From Eledone cirrhosa (Eukaryota), in the NCBI GenBank assembly GCA_964016885.1, contig OZ024740.1, forward strand, positions 418,314,001 through 418,378,000: a DNA stretch of 64,000 nt, in the 5' to 3' direction. The notes beneath the pieces were generated by a model. That model was given only the letters and a program-made list of their open reading frames with translations, was not told where the DNA came from and searched no databases. Shown here one piece after another: positions 21,301 to 34,900 of the stretch; position 1 is the first letter of the stretch, and each line of letters opens with the position of its first letter. Both the position numbers and the translations under genes were made by a program.

Positions 21301-22803
21301 TATGGCTCTCACAGTCACTTTAACAGTTTCATGCAACAAATAAGTCCATATGGCTGGGTATGGCTCTCTCAGTCACTTTAACAGTTTCATGCAACAAATA
21401 AGTCCATATGGCTGGGTATGGCTCTCTCCGATACTTTAACAGTTTCATGCAACAAATGAGTCCATATGGCTGGGTATCGCTCTCTCAGTCACTTTAACAG
21501 TTTCATGCAACAAATAAGTCCATATGGCTGGGTATGGCTCTCTCAGTCACTTTAACAGTTTCATGCAACAAATAAGTCCATATAGCTGGGTATGGCTCTC
21601 ACAGTCACTTTAACAGTTTCATGCAACAAATAAGTCCATATAGCTGGGTATGGCTCTCTCAGTCACTTTAACAGTTTCATGCAACAAATAAGTCCATATG
21701 GCTGGGTATGGCTCTCTCAGTCACTTTAACAGTTTCATGCAACAAATAAGTCCATATAGCTGGGTATGGCTCTCACAGTCACTTTAACAGTTTCATGCAA
21801 CAAATAAGTCCATATAGCTGGGTATGGCTCTCTCAGTCACTTTAACAGTTTCATGCAACAAATAAGTCCATATGGCTGGGTATGGCTCTCTCAGTCACTT
21901 TAACAGTTTCATGCAACAAATAAGTCCATATAGCTGGGTATGGCTCTCTCAGTCACTTTAACAGTTTCATGCAACAAATAAGTCCATATGGCTGGGTATG
22001 GCTCTCTCAGTCACTTTAACAGTTTCATGCAACAAATAAGTCCATATAGCTGGGTATGGCTCTCTCCGATACTTTAACAGTTTCATGCAACAAATAAGTC
22101 CATATGGCTGGGTATGGCTCTCTCCGATACTTTAACAGTTTCATGCAACAAATAAGTCCATATAGCTGGGTATGGCTCTCTCCGATACTTTAACAGTTTC
22201 ATGCAACAAATAAGTCCATATAGCTGGGTATGGCTCTCTCCGATACTTTAACAGTTTCATGCAACAAATAAGTCCATATCGCTGGGTATGGCTCTCTCCG
22301 ATACTTTAACAGTTTCATGCAACAAATAAGTCCATATGGCTGGGTATGGCTCTCTCCGATACTTTAACAGTTTCATGCAACAAATAAGTCCATATGGCTG
22401 GGTATGGCTCTCTCCGATACTTTAACAGTTTCATGCAACAAATAAGTCCATATAGCTGGGTATGGCTCTCTCCGATACTTTAACAGTTTCATGCAACAAA
22501 TAAGTCCATATGGCTGGGTATGGCTCTCTTCGATACTTTAACAGTTTCATGCAACAAATAAGTCCATATGGCTGGGTATGGCTCTCTCCGATACTTTAAC
22601 AGTTTCATGCAACAAATAAGTCCATATAGCTGGGTATGGCTCTCTCCGATACTTTAACAGTTTCATGCAACAAATAAGTCCATATGGCTGGGTATGGCTC
22701 TCTCAGTCACTTTAACAGTTTCATGCAACAAATAAGTCCATATAGCTGGGTATGGCTCTCTCAGTCACTTTAACAGTTTCATGCAACAAATAAGTCCATA
22801 TGG

Positions 22804-22924
22804 CTTATTTGTTGCATGAAACTGTTAAAGTGACTGAGGTATCCTTATTTTCTAAAATATAATATAATAAAATTGGATAAGATTCATTAACTAAAAAATA
22901 TTATTGTAACCATATTTACTATGT
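22804..22924. other. Satellite interruption 3 (identical copy)
   Basis: Same sequence, offset +4607 from copy 2. Confidence 0.95.
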
Positions 22925-25900
22925 CAACAAATAAGTCCATATGGCTGGGTATGGCTCTCTCAGTCACTTTAACAGTTTCATGCAACAAATAAGTCCATAT
23001 GGCTGGGTATGGCTCTCTCAGTCACTTTAACAGTTTCATGCAACAAATGAGTTCATATGGCTGGGTATGGCTCTCTCAGTCACTTTAACAGTTTCATGCA
23101 ACAAATAAGTCCATATAGCTGGGTATGGCTCTCTCAGTCACTTTAACAGTTTCATGCAACAAATAAGTCCATATAGCTGGGTATGGCTCTCTCAGTCACT
23201 TTAACAGTTTCATGCAACAAATAAGTCCATATAGCTGGGTATGGCTCTCTCAGTCACTTTAACAGTTTCATGCAACAAATAAGTCCATATAGCTGGGTAT
23301 GGCTCTCACAGTCACTTTAACAGTTTCATGCAACAAATAAGTCCATATAGCTGGGTATGGCTCTCTCAGTCACTTTAACAGTTTCATGCAACAAATAAGT
23401 CCATATGGCTGGGTATGGCTCTCACAGTCACTTTAACAGTTTCATGCAACAAATAAGTCCATATAGCTGGGTATGGCTCTCACAGTCACTTTAACAGTTT
23501 CATGCAACAAATAAGTCCATATAGCTGGGTATGGCTCTCACAGTCACTTTAACAGTTTCATGCAACAAATAAGTCCATATAGCTGGGTATGGCTCTCACA
23601 GTCACTTTAACAGTTTCATGCAACAAATAAGTCCATATAGCTGGGTATGGCTCTCTCAGTCACTTTAACAGTTTCATGCAACAAATAAGTCCATATGGCT
23701 GGGTATGGCTCTCTCAGTCACTTTAACAGTTTCATGCAACAAATAAGTCCATATGGCTGGGTATGGCTCTCTCCGATACTTTAACAGTTTCATGCAACAA
23801 ATAAGTCCATATGGCTGGGTATGGCTCTCTCAGTCACTTTAACAGTTTCATGCAACAAATAAGTCCATATGGCTGGGTATGGCTCTCTCAGTCACTTTAA
23901 CAGTTTCATGCAACAAATAAGTCCATATAGCTGGGTATGGCTCTCTCAGTCACTTTAACAGTTTCATGCAACAAATAAGTCCATATGGCTGGGTATGGCT
24001 CTCTCAGTCACTTTAACAGTTTCATGCAACAAATAAGTCCATATAGCTGGGTATGGCTCTCTCAGTCACTTTAACAGTTTCATGCAACAAATAAGTCCAT
24101 ATGGCTGGGTATGGCTCTCTCCGATACTTTAACAGTTTCATGCAACAAATAAGTCCATATAGCTGGGTATGGCTCTCTCAGTCACTTTAACAGTTTCATG
24201 CAACAAATAAGTCCATATGGCTGGGTATGGCTCTCTCAGTCACTTTAACAGTTTCATGCAACAAATAAGTCCATATAGCTGGGTATGGCTCTCTCAGTCA
24301 CTTTAACAGTTTCATGCAACAAATAAGTCCATATGGCTGGGTATGACTCTCTCCGATACTTTAACAGTTTCATGCAACAAATAAGTCCATATAGCTGGGT
24401 ATGGTTCTCTCAGTCACTTTAACAGTTTCATGCAACAAATAAGTCCATATGGCTGGGTATGACTCTCTCAGTCACTTTAACAGTTTCATGCAACAAATAA
24501 GTCCATATGGCTGGGTATGGCTCTCTCAGTCACTTTAACAGTTTCATGCAACAAATAAGTCCATATGGCTGGGTATGGCTCTCTCAGTCACTTTAACAGT
24601 TTCATGCAACAAATAAGTCCATATAGCTGGGTATGGCTCTCTCAGTCACTTTAACAGTTTCATGCAACAAATCAGTCCATATGGCTGGGTATGGCTCTCT
24701 CAGTCACTTTAACAGTTTCATGCAACAAATAAGTCCATATAGCTGGGTATGGCTCTCTCAGTCACTTTAACAGTTTCATGCAACAAATAAGTCCATATGG
24801 CTGGGTATGGCTCTCTCAGTCACTTTAACAGTTTCATGCAACAAATAAGTCCATATGGCTGGGTATGGCTCTCCCCGATACTTTAACAGTTTCATGCAAC
24901 AAATAAGTCCATATGGCTGGGTATGGCTCTCTCAGTCACTTTAACAGTTTCATGCAACAAATAAGTCCATATAGCTGGGTATGGCTCTCTCAGTCACTTT
25001 AACAGTTTCATGCAACAAATAAGTCCATATAGCTGGGTATGGTTCTCTCAGTCACTTTAACAGTTTCATGCAACAAATAAGTCCATATGGCTGCGTATGA
25101 CTCTCTCCGATACTTTAACAGTTTCATGCAACAAATAAGTCCATATAGCTGGGTATGGTTCTCTCAGTCACTTTAACAGTTTCATGCAACAAATAAGTCC
25201 ATATGGCTGGGTATGGCTCTCTCAGTCACTTTAACAGTTTCATGCAACAAATCAGTCCATATAGCTGGGTATGGCTCTCTCAGTCACTTTAACAGTTTCA
25301 TGCAACAAATCAGTCCATATGGCTGGGTATGGCTCTCTCAGTCACTTTAACAGTTTCATGCAACAAATAAGTCCATATAGCTGGGTATGGCTCTCTCAGT
25401 CACTTTAACAGTTTCATGCAACAAATAAGTCCATATGGCTGGGTATGGCTCTCTCAGTCACTTTAACAGTTTCATGCAACAAATAAGTCCATATAGCTGG
25501 GTATGGCTCTCTCAGTCACTTTAACAGTTTCATGCAACAAATCAGTCCATATGACTGGGTATGGCTCTCTCAGTCACTTTAACAGTTTCATGCAACAAAT
25601 AAGTCCATATAGCTGGGTATGTCTCTCTCAGTCACTTTAACAGTTTCATGCAACAAATAAGTCCATATAGCTGGGTATGGCTCTCTCCGATACTTTAACA
25701 GTTTCATGCAACAAATAAGTCCATATAGCTGGGTATGGCTCTCTCAGTCACTTTAACAGTTTCATGCAACAAATAAGTCCATATAGCTGGGTATGGCTCT
25801 CTCAGTCACTTTAACAGTTTCATGCAACAAATAAGTCCATATGGCTGGGTATGGCTCTCCCCGATACTTTAACAGTTTCATGCAACAAATAAGTCCATAT

Positions 25901-28900
25901 GGCTGGGTATGGCTCTCTCAGTCACTTTAACAGTTTCATGCAACAAATAAGTCCATATAGCTGGGTATGGCTCTCTCAGTCACTTTAACAGTTTCATGCA
26001 ACAAATAAGTCCATATAGCTGGGTATGGCTCTCTCAGTCACTTTAACAGTTTCATGCAACAAATAAGTCCATATAGCTGGGTATGGCTCTCACAGTCACT
26101 TTAACAGTTTCATGCAACAAATAAGTCCATATAGCTGGGTATGGCTCTCTCAGTCACTTTAACAGTTTCATGCAACAAATAAGTCCATATGGCTGGGTAT
26201 GGCTCTCACAGTCACTTTAACAGTTTCATGCAACAAATAAGTCCATATAGCTGGGTATGGCTCTCACAGTCACTTTAACAGTTTCATGCAACAAATAAGT
26301 CCATATGGCTGGGTATGGCTCTCACAGTCACTTTAACAGTTTCATGCAACAAATAAGTCCATATAGCTGGGTATGGCTCTCACATTCACTTTAACAGTTT
26401 CATGCAACAAATAAGTCCATATGGCTGGGTATGGCTCTCTCAGTCACTTTAACAGTTTCATGCAACAAATAAGTCCATATAGCTGGGTATGGCTCTCTCA
26501 GTCACTTTAACAGTTTCATGCGACAGATAAGTCCATATGGCTGGGTATGGCTCTCTCAGTCACTTTAACAGTTTCATGCAACAAATAAGTCCATATAGCT
26601 GGGTATGGCTCTCTCAGTCACTTTAACAGTTTCATGCAACAAATAAGTCCATATGGCTGGGTATGTCTCTCCGATACTTTAACAGTTTCATGCAACAAAT
26701 GAGTCCATATGGCTGGGTATGGCTCTCTCAGTCACTTTAACAGTTTCATGCAACAAATAAGTCCATATGGCTGGGTATGGCTCTCTCAGTCACTTTAACA
26801 GTTTCATGCAACAAATAAGTCCATATAGCTGGGTATGGCTCTCACAGTCACTTTAACAGTTTCATGCAACAAATAAGTCCATATAGCTGGGTATGGCTCT
26901 CTCAGTCACTTTAACAGTTTCATGCAACAAATAAGTCCATATAGCTGGGTATGGCTCTCTCAGTCACTTTAACAGTTTCATGCAACAAATAAGTCCATCT
27001 AGCTGGGTATGGCTCTCTCAGTCACTTTAACAGTTTCATGCAACAAATAAGTCCATATAGCTGGGTATGGCTCTCACAGTCACTTTAACAGTTTCATGCA
27101 ACAAATAAGTCCATATAGCTGGGTATGGCTCTCTCAGTCACTTTAACAGTTTCATGCAACAAATAAGTCCATATAGCTGGGTATGGCTCTCACAGTCACT
27201 TTAACAGTTTCATGCAACAAATAAGTCCATATAGCTGGGTATGGCTCTCTCAGTCACTTTAACAGTTTCATGCAACAAATAAGTCCATATGGCTGGGTAT
27301 GGCTCTCACAGTCACTTTAACAGTTTCATGCAACAAATAAGTCCATATAGCTGGGTATGGCTGTCACAGTCACTTTAACAGTTTCATGCAACAAATAAGT
27401 CCATATAGCTGGGTATGGCTCTCACAGTCACTTTAACAGTTTCATGCAACAAATAAGTCCATATAGCTGGGTATGGCTCTCTCAGTCACTTTAACAGTTT
27501 CATGCAACAAATAAGTCCATATGGCTGGGTATGGCTCACTCAGTCACTTTAACAGTTTCATGCAACAAATAAGTCCATATGGCTGGGTATGGCTCTCTCC
27601 GATACTTTAACAGTTTCATGCAACAAATAAGTCCATATAGCTGGGTATGGCTCTCTCAGTCACTTTAACAGTTTCATGCAACAAATAAGTCCATATGGCT
27701 GGGTATGGCTCTCTCAGTCACTTTAACAGTTTCATGCAACAAATAAGTCCATATGGCTGGGTATGGCTCTCTCCGATACTTTAACAGTTTCATGCAACAA
27801 ATAAGTCCATATAGCTGGGTATGGCTCTCTCAGTCACTTTAACAGTTTCATGCAACAAATAAGTCCATATGGCTGCGTATGGCTCTCTCCGATACTTTAA
27901 CAGTTTCATGCAACAAATAAGTCCATATGGCTGGGTATGGCTCTCTCAGTCACTTTAACAGTTTCATGCAACAAATAAGTCCATATAGCTGGGTATGGCT
28001 CTCTCAGTCACTTTAACAGTTTCATGCAACAAATAAGTCCATATGGCTGGGTATGGCTCTCTCAGTCACTTTAACAGTTTCATGCAACAAATAAGTCCAT
28101 ATAGCTGGGTATGGCTCTCTCAGTCACTTTAACAGTTTCATGCAACAAATAAGTCCATATGGCTGGGTATGAATCTCTCCGATACTTTAACAGTTTCATG
28201 CAACAAATAAGTCCATATAGCTGGGTATGGTTCTCTCAGTCGCTTTAACAGTTTCATGCAACAAATAAGTCCATATGGCTGGGTATGGCTCTCTCAGTCA
28301 CTTTAACAGTTTCATGCAACAAATAAGTCCATATAGCTGGGTATGGCTCTCTCAGTCACTTTAACAGTTTCATGCAACAAATAAGTCCATATAGCTGGGT
28401 ATGGCTCTCTCAGTCACTTTAACAGTTTCATGCAACAAATCAGTCCATATGGCTGGGTATGGCTCTCACAGTCACTTTAACAGTTTCATGCAACAAATAA
28501 GTCCATATGGCTGGGTATGGCTCTCTCAGTCACTTTAACAGTTTCATGCAACAAATAAGTCCATATAGCTGGGTATGGCTCTCTCAGTCACTTTAACAGT
28601 TTCATGCAACAAATAAGTCCATATAGCTGGGTATGGCTCTCTCAGTCACTTTAACAGTTTCATGCAACAAATCAGTCCATATGGCTGGGTATGGCTCTCT
28701 CAGTCACTTTAACAGTTTCATGCAACAAATAAGTCCATATAGCTGGGTATGGCTCTCTCAGTCACTTTAACAGTTTCATGCAACAAATAAGTCCATATAG
28801 CTGGGTATGGCTCTCTCCGATACTTTAACAGTTTCATGCAACAAATAAGTCCATATAGCTGGGTATGGCTCTCTCAGTCACTTTAACAGTTTCATGCAAC

Positions 28901-31900
28901 AAATAAGTCCATATAGCTGGGTATGGCTCTCTCAGTCACTTTAACAGTTTCATGCAACAAATAAGTCCATATGGCTGGGTATGGCTCTCCCCGATACTTT
29001 AACAGTTTCATGCAACAAATAAGTCCATATGGCTGGGTATGGCTCTCTCAGTCACTTTAACAGTTTCATGCAACAAATAAGTCCATATAGCTGGGTATGG
29101 CTCTCTCAGTCACTTTAACAGTTTCATGCAACAAATAAGTCCATATAGCTGGGTATGGCTCTCTCAGTCACTTTAACAGTTTCATGCAACAAATAAGTCC
29201 ATATAGCTGGGTATGGCTCTCACAGTCACTTTAACAGTTTCATGCAACAAATAAGTCCATATAGCTGGGTATGGCTCTCTCAGTCACTTTAACAGTTTCA
29301 TGCAACAAATAAGTCCATATGGCTGGGTATGGCTCTCACAGTCACTTTAACAGTTTCATGCAACAAATAAGTCCATATAGCTGGGTATGGCTCTCACAGT
29401 CACTTTAACAGTTTCATGCAACAAATAAGTCCATATGGCTGGGTATGGCTCTCACAGTCACTTTAACAGTCTCATGCAACAAATAAGTCCATATAGCTGG
29501 GTATGGCTCTCACAGTCACTTTAACAGTTTCATGCAACAAATAAGTCCATATGGCTGGGTATGGCTCTCTCAGTCACTTTAACAGTTTCATGCAACAAAT
29601 AAGTCCATATGGCTGGGTATGGCTCTCTGCGATACTTTAACAGTTTCATGCAACAAATGAGTCCATATGGCTGGGTATCGCTCTCTCAGTCACTTTAACA
29701 GTTTCATGCAACAAATAAGTCCATATGGCTGGGTATGGCTCTCTCAGTCACTTTAACAGTTTCATGCAACAAATAAGTCCATATAGCTGGGTATGGCTCT
29801 CACAGTCACTTTAACAGTTTCATGCAACAAATAAGTCCATATAGCTGGGTATGGCTCTCTCAGTCACTTTAACAGTTTCATGCAACAAATAAGTCCATAT
29901 GGCTGGGTATGGCTCTCTCCGATACTTTAACAGTTTCATGCAACAAATGAGTCCATATGGCTGGGTATCGCTCTCTCAGTCACTTTAACAGTTTCATGCA
30001 ACAAATAAGTCCATATGGCTGGGTATGGCTCTCTCAGTCACTTTAACAGTTTCATGCAACAAATAAGTCCATATAGCTGGGTATGGCTCTCACAGTCACT
30101 TTAACAGTTTCATGCAACAAATAAGTCCATATAGCTAGGTATGGCTCTCTCAGTCACTTTAACAGTTTCATGCAACAAATAAGTCCATATGGCTGGGTAT
30201 GGCTCTCTCCGATACTTTAACAGTTTCATGCAACAAATAAGTCCATATGGCTGGGTATGGCTCTCTCAGTCACTTTAACAGTTTCATGCAACAAATAAGT
30301 CCATATGGCTGGGTATGGCTCTCTCAGTCACTTTAACAGTTTCATGCAACAAATAAGTCCATATAGCTGGGTATGGCTCTCTCAGTCACTTTAACAGTTT
30401 CATGCGACAAATAAGTCCATATGGCTGGGTATGGCTCTCTCAGTCACTTTAACAGTTTCATGCAACAAATAAGTCCATATAGCTGGATATGGCTCTCTCA
30501 GTCACTTTAACAGTTTCATGCAACAAATAAGTCCATATGGCTGGGTATGGCTCTCTCCGATACTTTAACAGTTTCATGCAACAAATGAGTCCATATGGCT
30601 GGGTATGGCTCTCTCAGTCACTTTAACAGTTTCATGCAACAAATAAGTCCATATGGCTGGGTATGGCTCTCTCAGTCACTTTAACAGTTTCATGCAACAA
30701 ATAAGTCCATATAGCTGGGTATGGCTCTCACAGTCACTTTAACAGTTTCATGCAACAAATAAGTCCATATAGCTGGGTATGGCTCTCTCAGTCACTTTAA
30801 CAGTTTCATGCAACAAATAAGTCCATATGGCTGGGTATGGCTCTCTCAGTCACTTTAACAGTTTCATGCAACAAATAAGTCCATATGGCTGGGTATGGCT
30901 CTCTCCGATACTTTAACAGTTTCATGCAACAAATAAGTCCATATGGCTGGGTATGGCTCTCTCAGTCACTTTAACAGTTTCATGCAACAAATAAGTCCAT
31001 ATGGCTGGGTATGGCTCTCTCAGTCACTTTAACAGTTTCATGCAACAAATAAGTCCATATAGCTGGGTATGGCTCTCTCAGTCACTTTAACAGTTTCATG
31101 CAACAAATAAGTCCATATAGCTGGGTATGGCTCTCTCAGTCACTTTAACAGTTTCATGCAACAAATAAGTCCATATGGCTGGGTATGGCTCTCTCAGTCA
31201 CTTTAACAGTTTCATGCAACAAATAAGTCCATATGGCTGGGTATGGCTCTCTCAGTCACTTTAACAGTTTCATGCAACAAATAAGTCCATATGGCTGGGT
31301 ATGGCTCTCTCCGATACTTTAACAGTTTCATGCAACAAATAAGTCCATATAGCTGGGTATGGCTCTCTCAGTCACTTTAACAGTTTCATGCAACAAATAA
31401 GTCCATATGGCTGGGTATGGCTCTCTCAGTCACTTTAACAGTTTCATGCAACAAATAAGTCCATATGGCTGGGTATGGCTCTCTCAGTCACTTTAACAGT
31501 TTCATGCAACAAATAAGTCCATATAGCTGGGTATGGCTCTCTCAGTCACTTTAACAGTTTCATGCAACAAATAAGTCCATATGGCTGGGTATGGCTCTCT
31601 CAGTCACTTTAACAGTTTCATGCAACAAATACGTCCATATAGCTGGGTATGGCTCTCTCAGTCACTTTAACAGTTTCATGCAACAAATAAGTCCATATGG
31701 CTGGGTATGGCTCTCTCAGATACTTTAACAGTTTCATGCAACAAATAAGTCCATATGGCTGGGTATGGCTCTCTCAGTCACTTTAACAGTTTCATGCAAC
31801 AAATAAGTCCATATAGCTGGGTATGGCTCTCTCCGATACTTTAACAGTTTCATGCAACAAATAAGTCCATATGGCTGGGTATGGCTCTCTCAGTCACTTT

Positions 31901-34900
31901 AACAGTTTCATGCAACAAATAAGTCCATATAGCTGGGTATGGCTCTCTCAGTCACTTTAACAGTTTCATGCAACAAATAAGTCCATATAGCTGGGTATGG
32001 CTCTCTCAGTCACTTTAACAGTTTCATGCAACAAATAAGTCCATATAGCTGGGTATGGCTCTCTCAGTCACTTTAACAGTTTCATGCAACAAATAAGTCC
32101 ATATGGCTGGGTATGGCTCTCTCAGTCACTTTAACAGTTTCATGCAACAAATAAGTCCATATGGCTGGGTATGGCTCTCTCAGTCACTTTAACAGTTTCA
32201 TGCAACAAATAAGTCCATATAGCTGGGTATGGCTCTCTCAGTCACTTTAACAGTTTCATGCAACAAATAAGTCCATATAGCTGGGTATGGCTCTCTCAGT
32301 CACTTTAACAGTTTCATGCAACAAATAAGTCCATATAGCTGGGTATGGCTCTCTCAGTCACTTTAACAGTTTCATGCAACAAATAAGTCCATATGGCTGG
32401 GTATGGCTCTCTCCGATACTTTAACAGTTTCATGCAACAAATAAGTCCATATAGCTGGGTATGGCTCTCTCAGTCACTTTAACAGTTTCATGCAACAAAG
32501 AAGTCCATATGGCTGGGTATGGCTCTCTCCGATACTTTAACAGTTTCATGCAACAAATAAGTCCATATGGCTGGGTATGGCTCTCTCAGTCACTTTAACA
32601 GTTTCATGCAACAAATAAGTCCATATGGCTGGGTATGGCTCTCTCCGATACTTTAACAGTTTCATGCAACAAATAAGTCCATATAGCTGGGTATGGCTCT
32701 CTCCGATACTTTAACAGTTTCATGCAACAAATAAGTCCATATAGCTGGGTATGGCTCTCTCAGTCACTTTAACAGTTTCATGCAACAAATAAGTCCATAT
32801 AGCTGGGTATGGCTCTCTCAGTCACTTTAACAGTTTCATGCAACAAATAAGTCCATATAGCTGGGTATGGCTCTCTCAGTCACTTTAACAGTTTCATGCA
32901 ACAAATAAGTCCATATGGCTGGGTATGGCTCTCTCCGATACTTTAACAGTTTCATGCAACAAATAAGTCCATATAGCTGGGTATGGCTCTCTCAGTCACT
33001 TTAACAGTTTCATGCAACAAAGAAGTCCATATGGCTGGGTATGGCTCTCTCCGATACTTTAACAGTTTCATGCAACAAATAAGTCCATATGGCTGGGTAT
33101 GGCTCTCTCAGTCACTTTAACAGTTTCATGCAACAAATAAGTCCATATGGCTGGGTATGGCTCTCTCCGATACTTTAACAGTTTCATGCAACAAATAAGT
33201 CCATATAGCTGGGTATGGCTCTCTCCGATACTTTAACAGTTTCATGCAACAAATAAGTCCATATAGCTGGGTATGGCTCTCTCAGTCACTTTAACAGTTT
33301 CATGCAACAAATAAGTCCATATAGCTGGGTATGGCTCTCTCAGTCACTTTAACAGTTTCATGCAACAAATAAGTCCATATAGCTGGGTATGGCTCTCTCA
33401 GTCACTTTAACAGTTTCATGCAACAAATAAGTCCATATGGCTGGGTATGGCTCTCTCCGATACTTTAACAGTTTCATGCAACAAATAAGTCCATATAGCT
33501 GGGTATGGCTCTCTCAGTCACTTTAACAGTTTCATGCAACAAAGAAGTCCATATGGCTGGGTATGGCTCTCTCCGATACTTTAACAGTTTCATGCAACAA
33601 ATAAGTCCATATGGCTGGGTATGGCTCTCTCAGTCACTTTAACAGTTTCATGCAACATATAAGTCCATATGGCTGGGTATGGCTCTCTCCGATACTTTAA
33701 CAGTTTCATGCAACAAATAAGTCCATATAGCTGGGTATGGCTCTCTCCGATACTTTAACTGTTTCATGCAACAAATAAGTCCATATAGCTGGGTATGGCT
33801 CTCTCCGATACTTTAACAGTTTCATGCATCAAATAAGTCCATATAGCTGGGTATGGCTCTCTCCGATACTTTAACAGTTTCATGCAACAAATGAGTCCAT
33901 ATAGCTGGGTATGGCTCTCTCCGATACTTTAACAGTTTCATGCAACAAATAAGTCCATATAGCTGGGTATGGCTCTCTCCGATACTTTAACAGTTTCATG
34001 CAACAAATCAGTCCATATGGCTGGGTATGGCTCTCTCAGTCACTTTAACAGTTTCATGCAACAAATAAGTCCATATGACTGGGTATGGCTCTCTCAGTCA
34101 CTTTAACAGTTTCATGCAACAAATAAGTCCATATGGCTGGGTATGGCTCTCTCAGTCACTTTAACAGTTTCATGCAACAAATAAGTCCATATAGCTGGGT
34201 ATGGCTCTCTCCGATACTTTAACAGTTTCATGCAACAAATCAGTCCATATGGCTGGGTATGGCTCTCTCAGTCACTTTAACAGTTTCATGCAACAAATAA
34301 GTCCATATGACTGGGTATGGCTCTCTCCGTCACTTTAACAGTTTCATGCAACAAATAAGTCCATATGGCTGGGTATGGCTCTCTCCGTCACTTTAACAGT
34401 TTCATGCAACAAATAAGTCCATATGACTGGGTATGGCTCTCTCCGTCACTTTAACAGTTTCATGCAACAAATAAGTCCATATAGCTGGGTATGGCTCTCT
34501 CCGATACTTTAACAGTTTCATGCAACAAATAAGTCCATATGGCTGGGTATGGCTCTCTCAGTCACTTTAACAGTTTCATGCAACAAATAAGTCCATATGA
34601 CTGGGTATGGCTCTCTCAGTCACTTTAACAGTTTCATGCAACAAATAAGTCCATATAGCTGGGTATGGCTCTCTCCGATACTTTAACAGTTTCATGCAAC
34701 AAATAAGTCCATATAGCTGGGTATGGCTCTCTCAGTCACTTTAACAGTTTCATGCAACAAATAAGTCCATAGAGCTGGGTATGGCTCTCTCAGTCACTTT
34801 AACAGTTTCATGCAACAAATAAGTCCATATGGCTGGGTATGGCTCTCTCCGATACTTTAACAGTTTCATGCAACAAATAAGTCCATATGGCTGGGTATGG

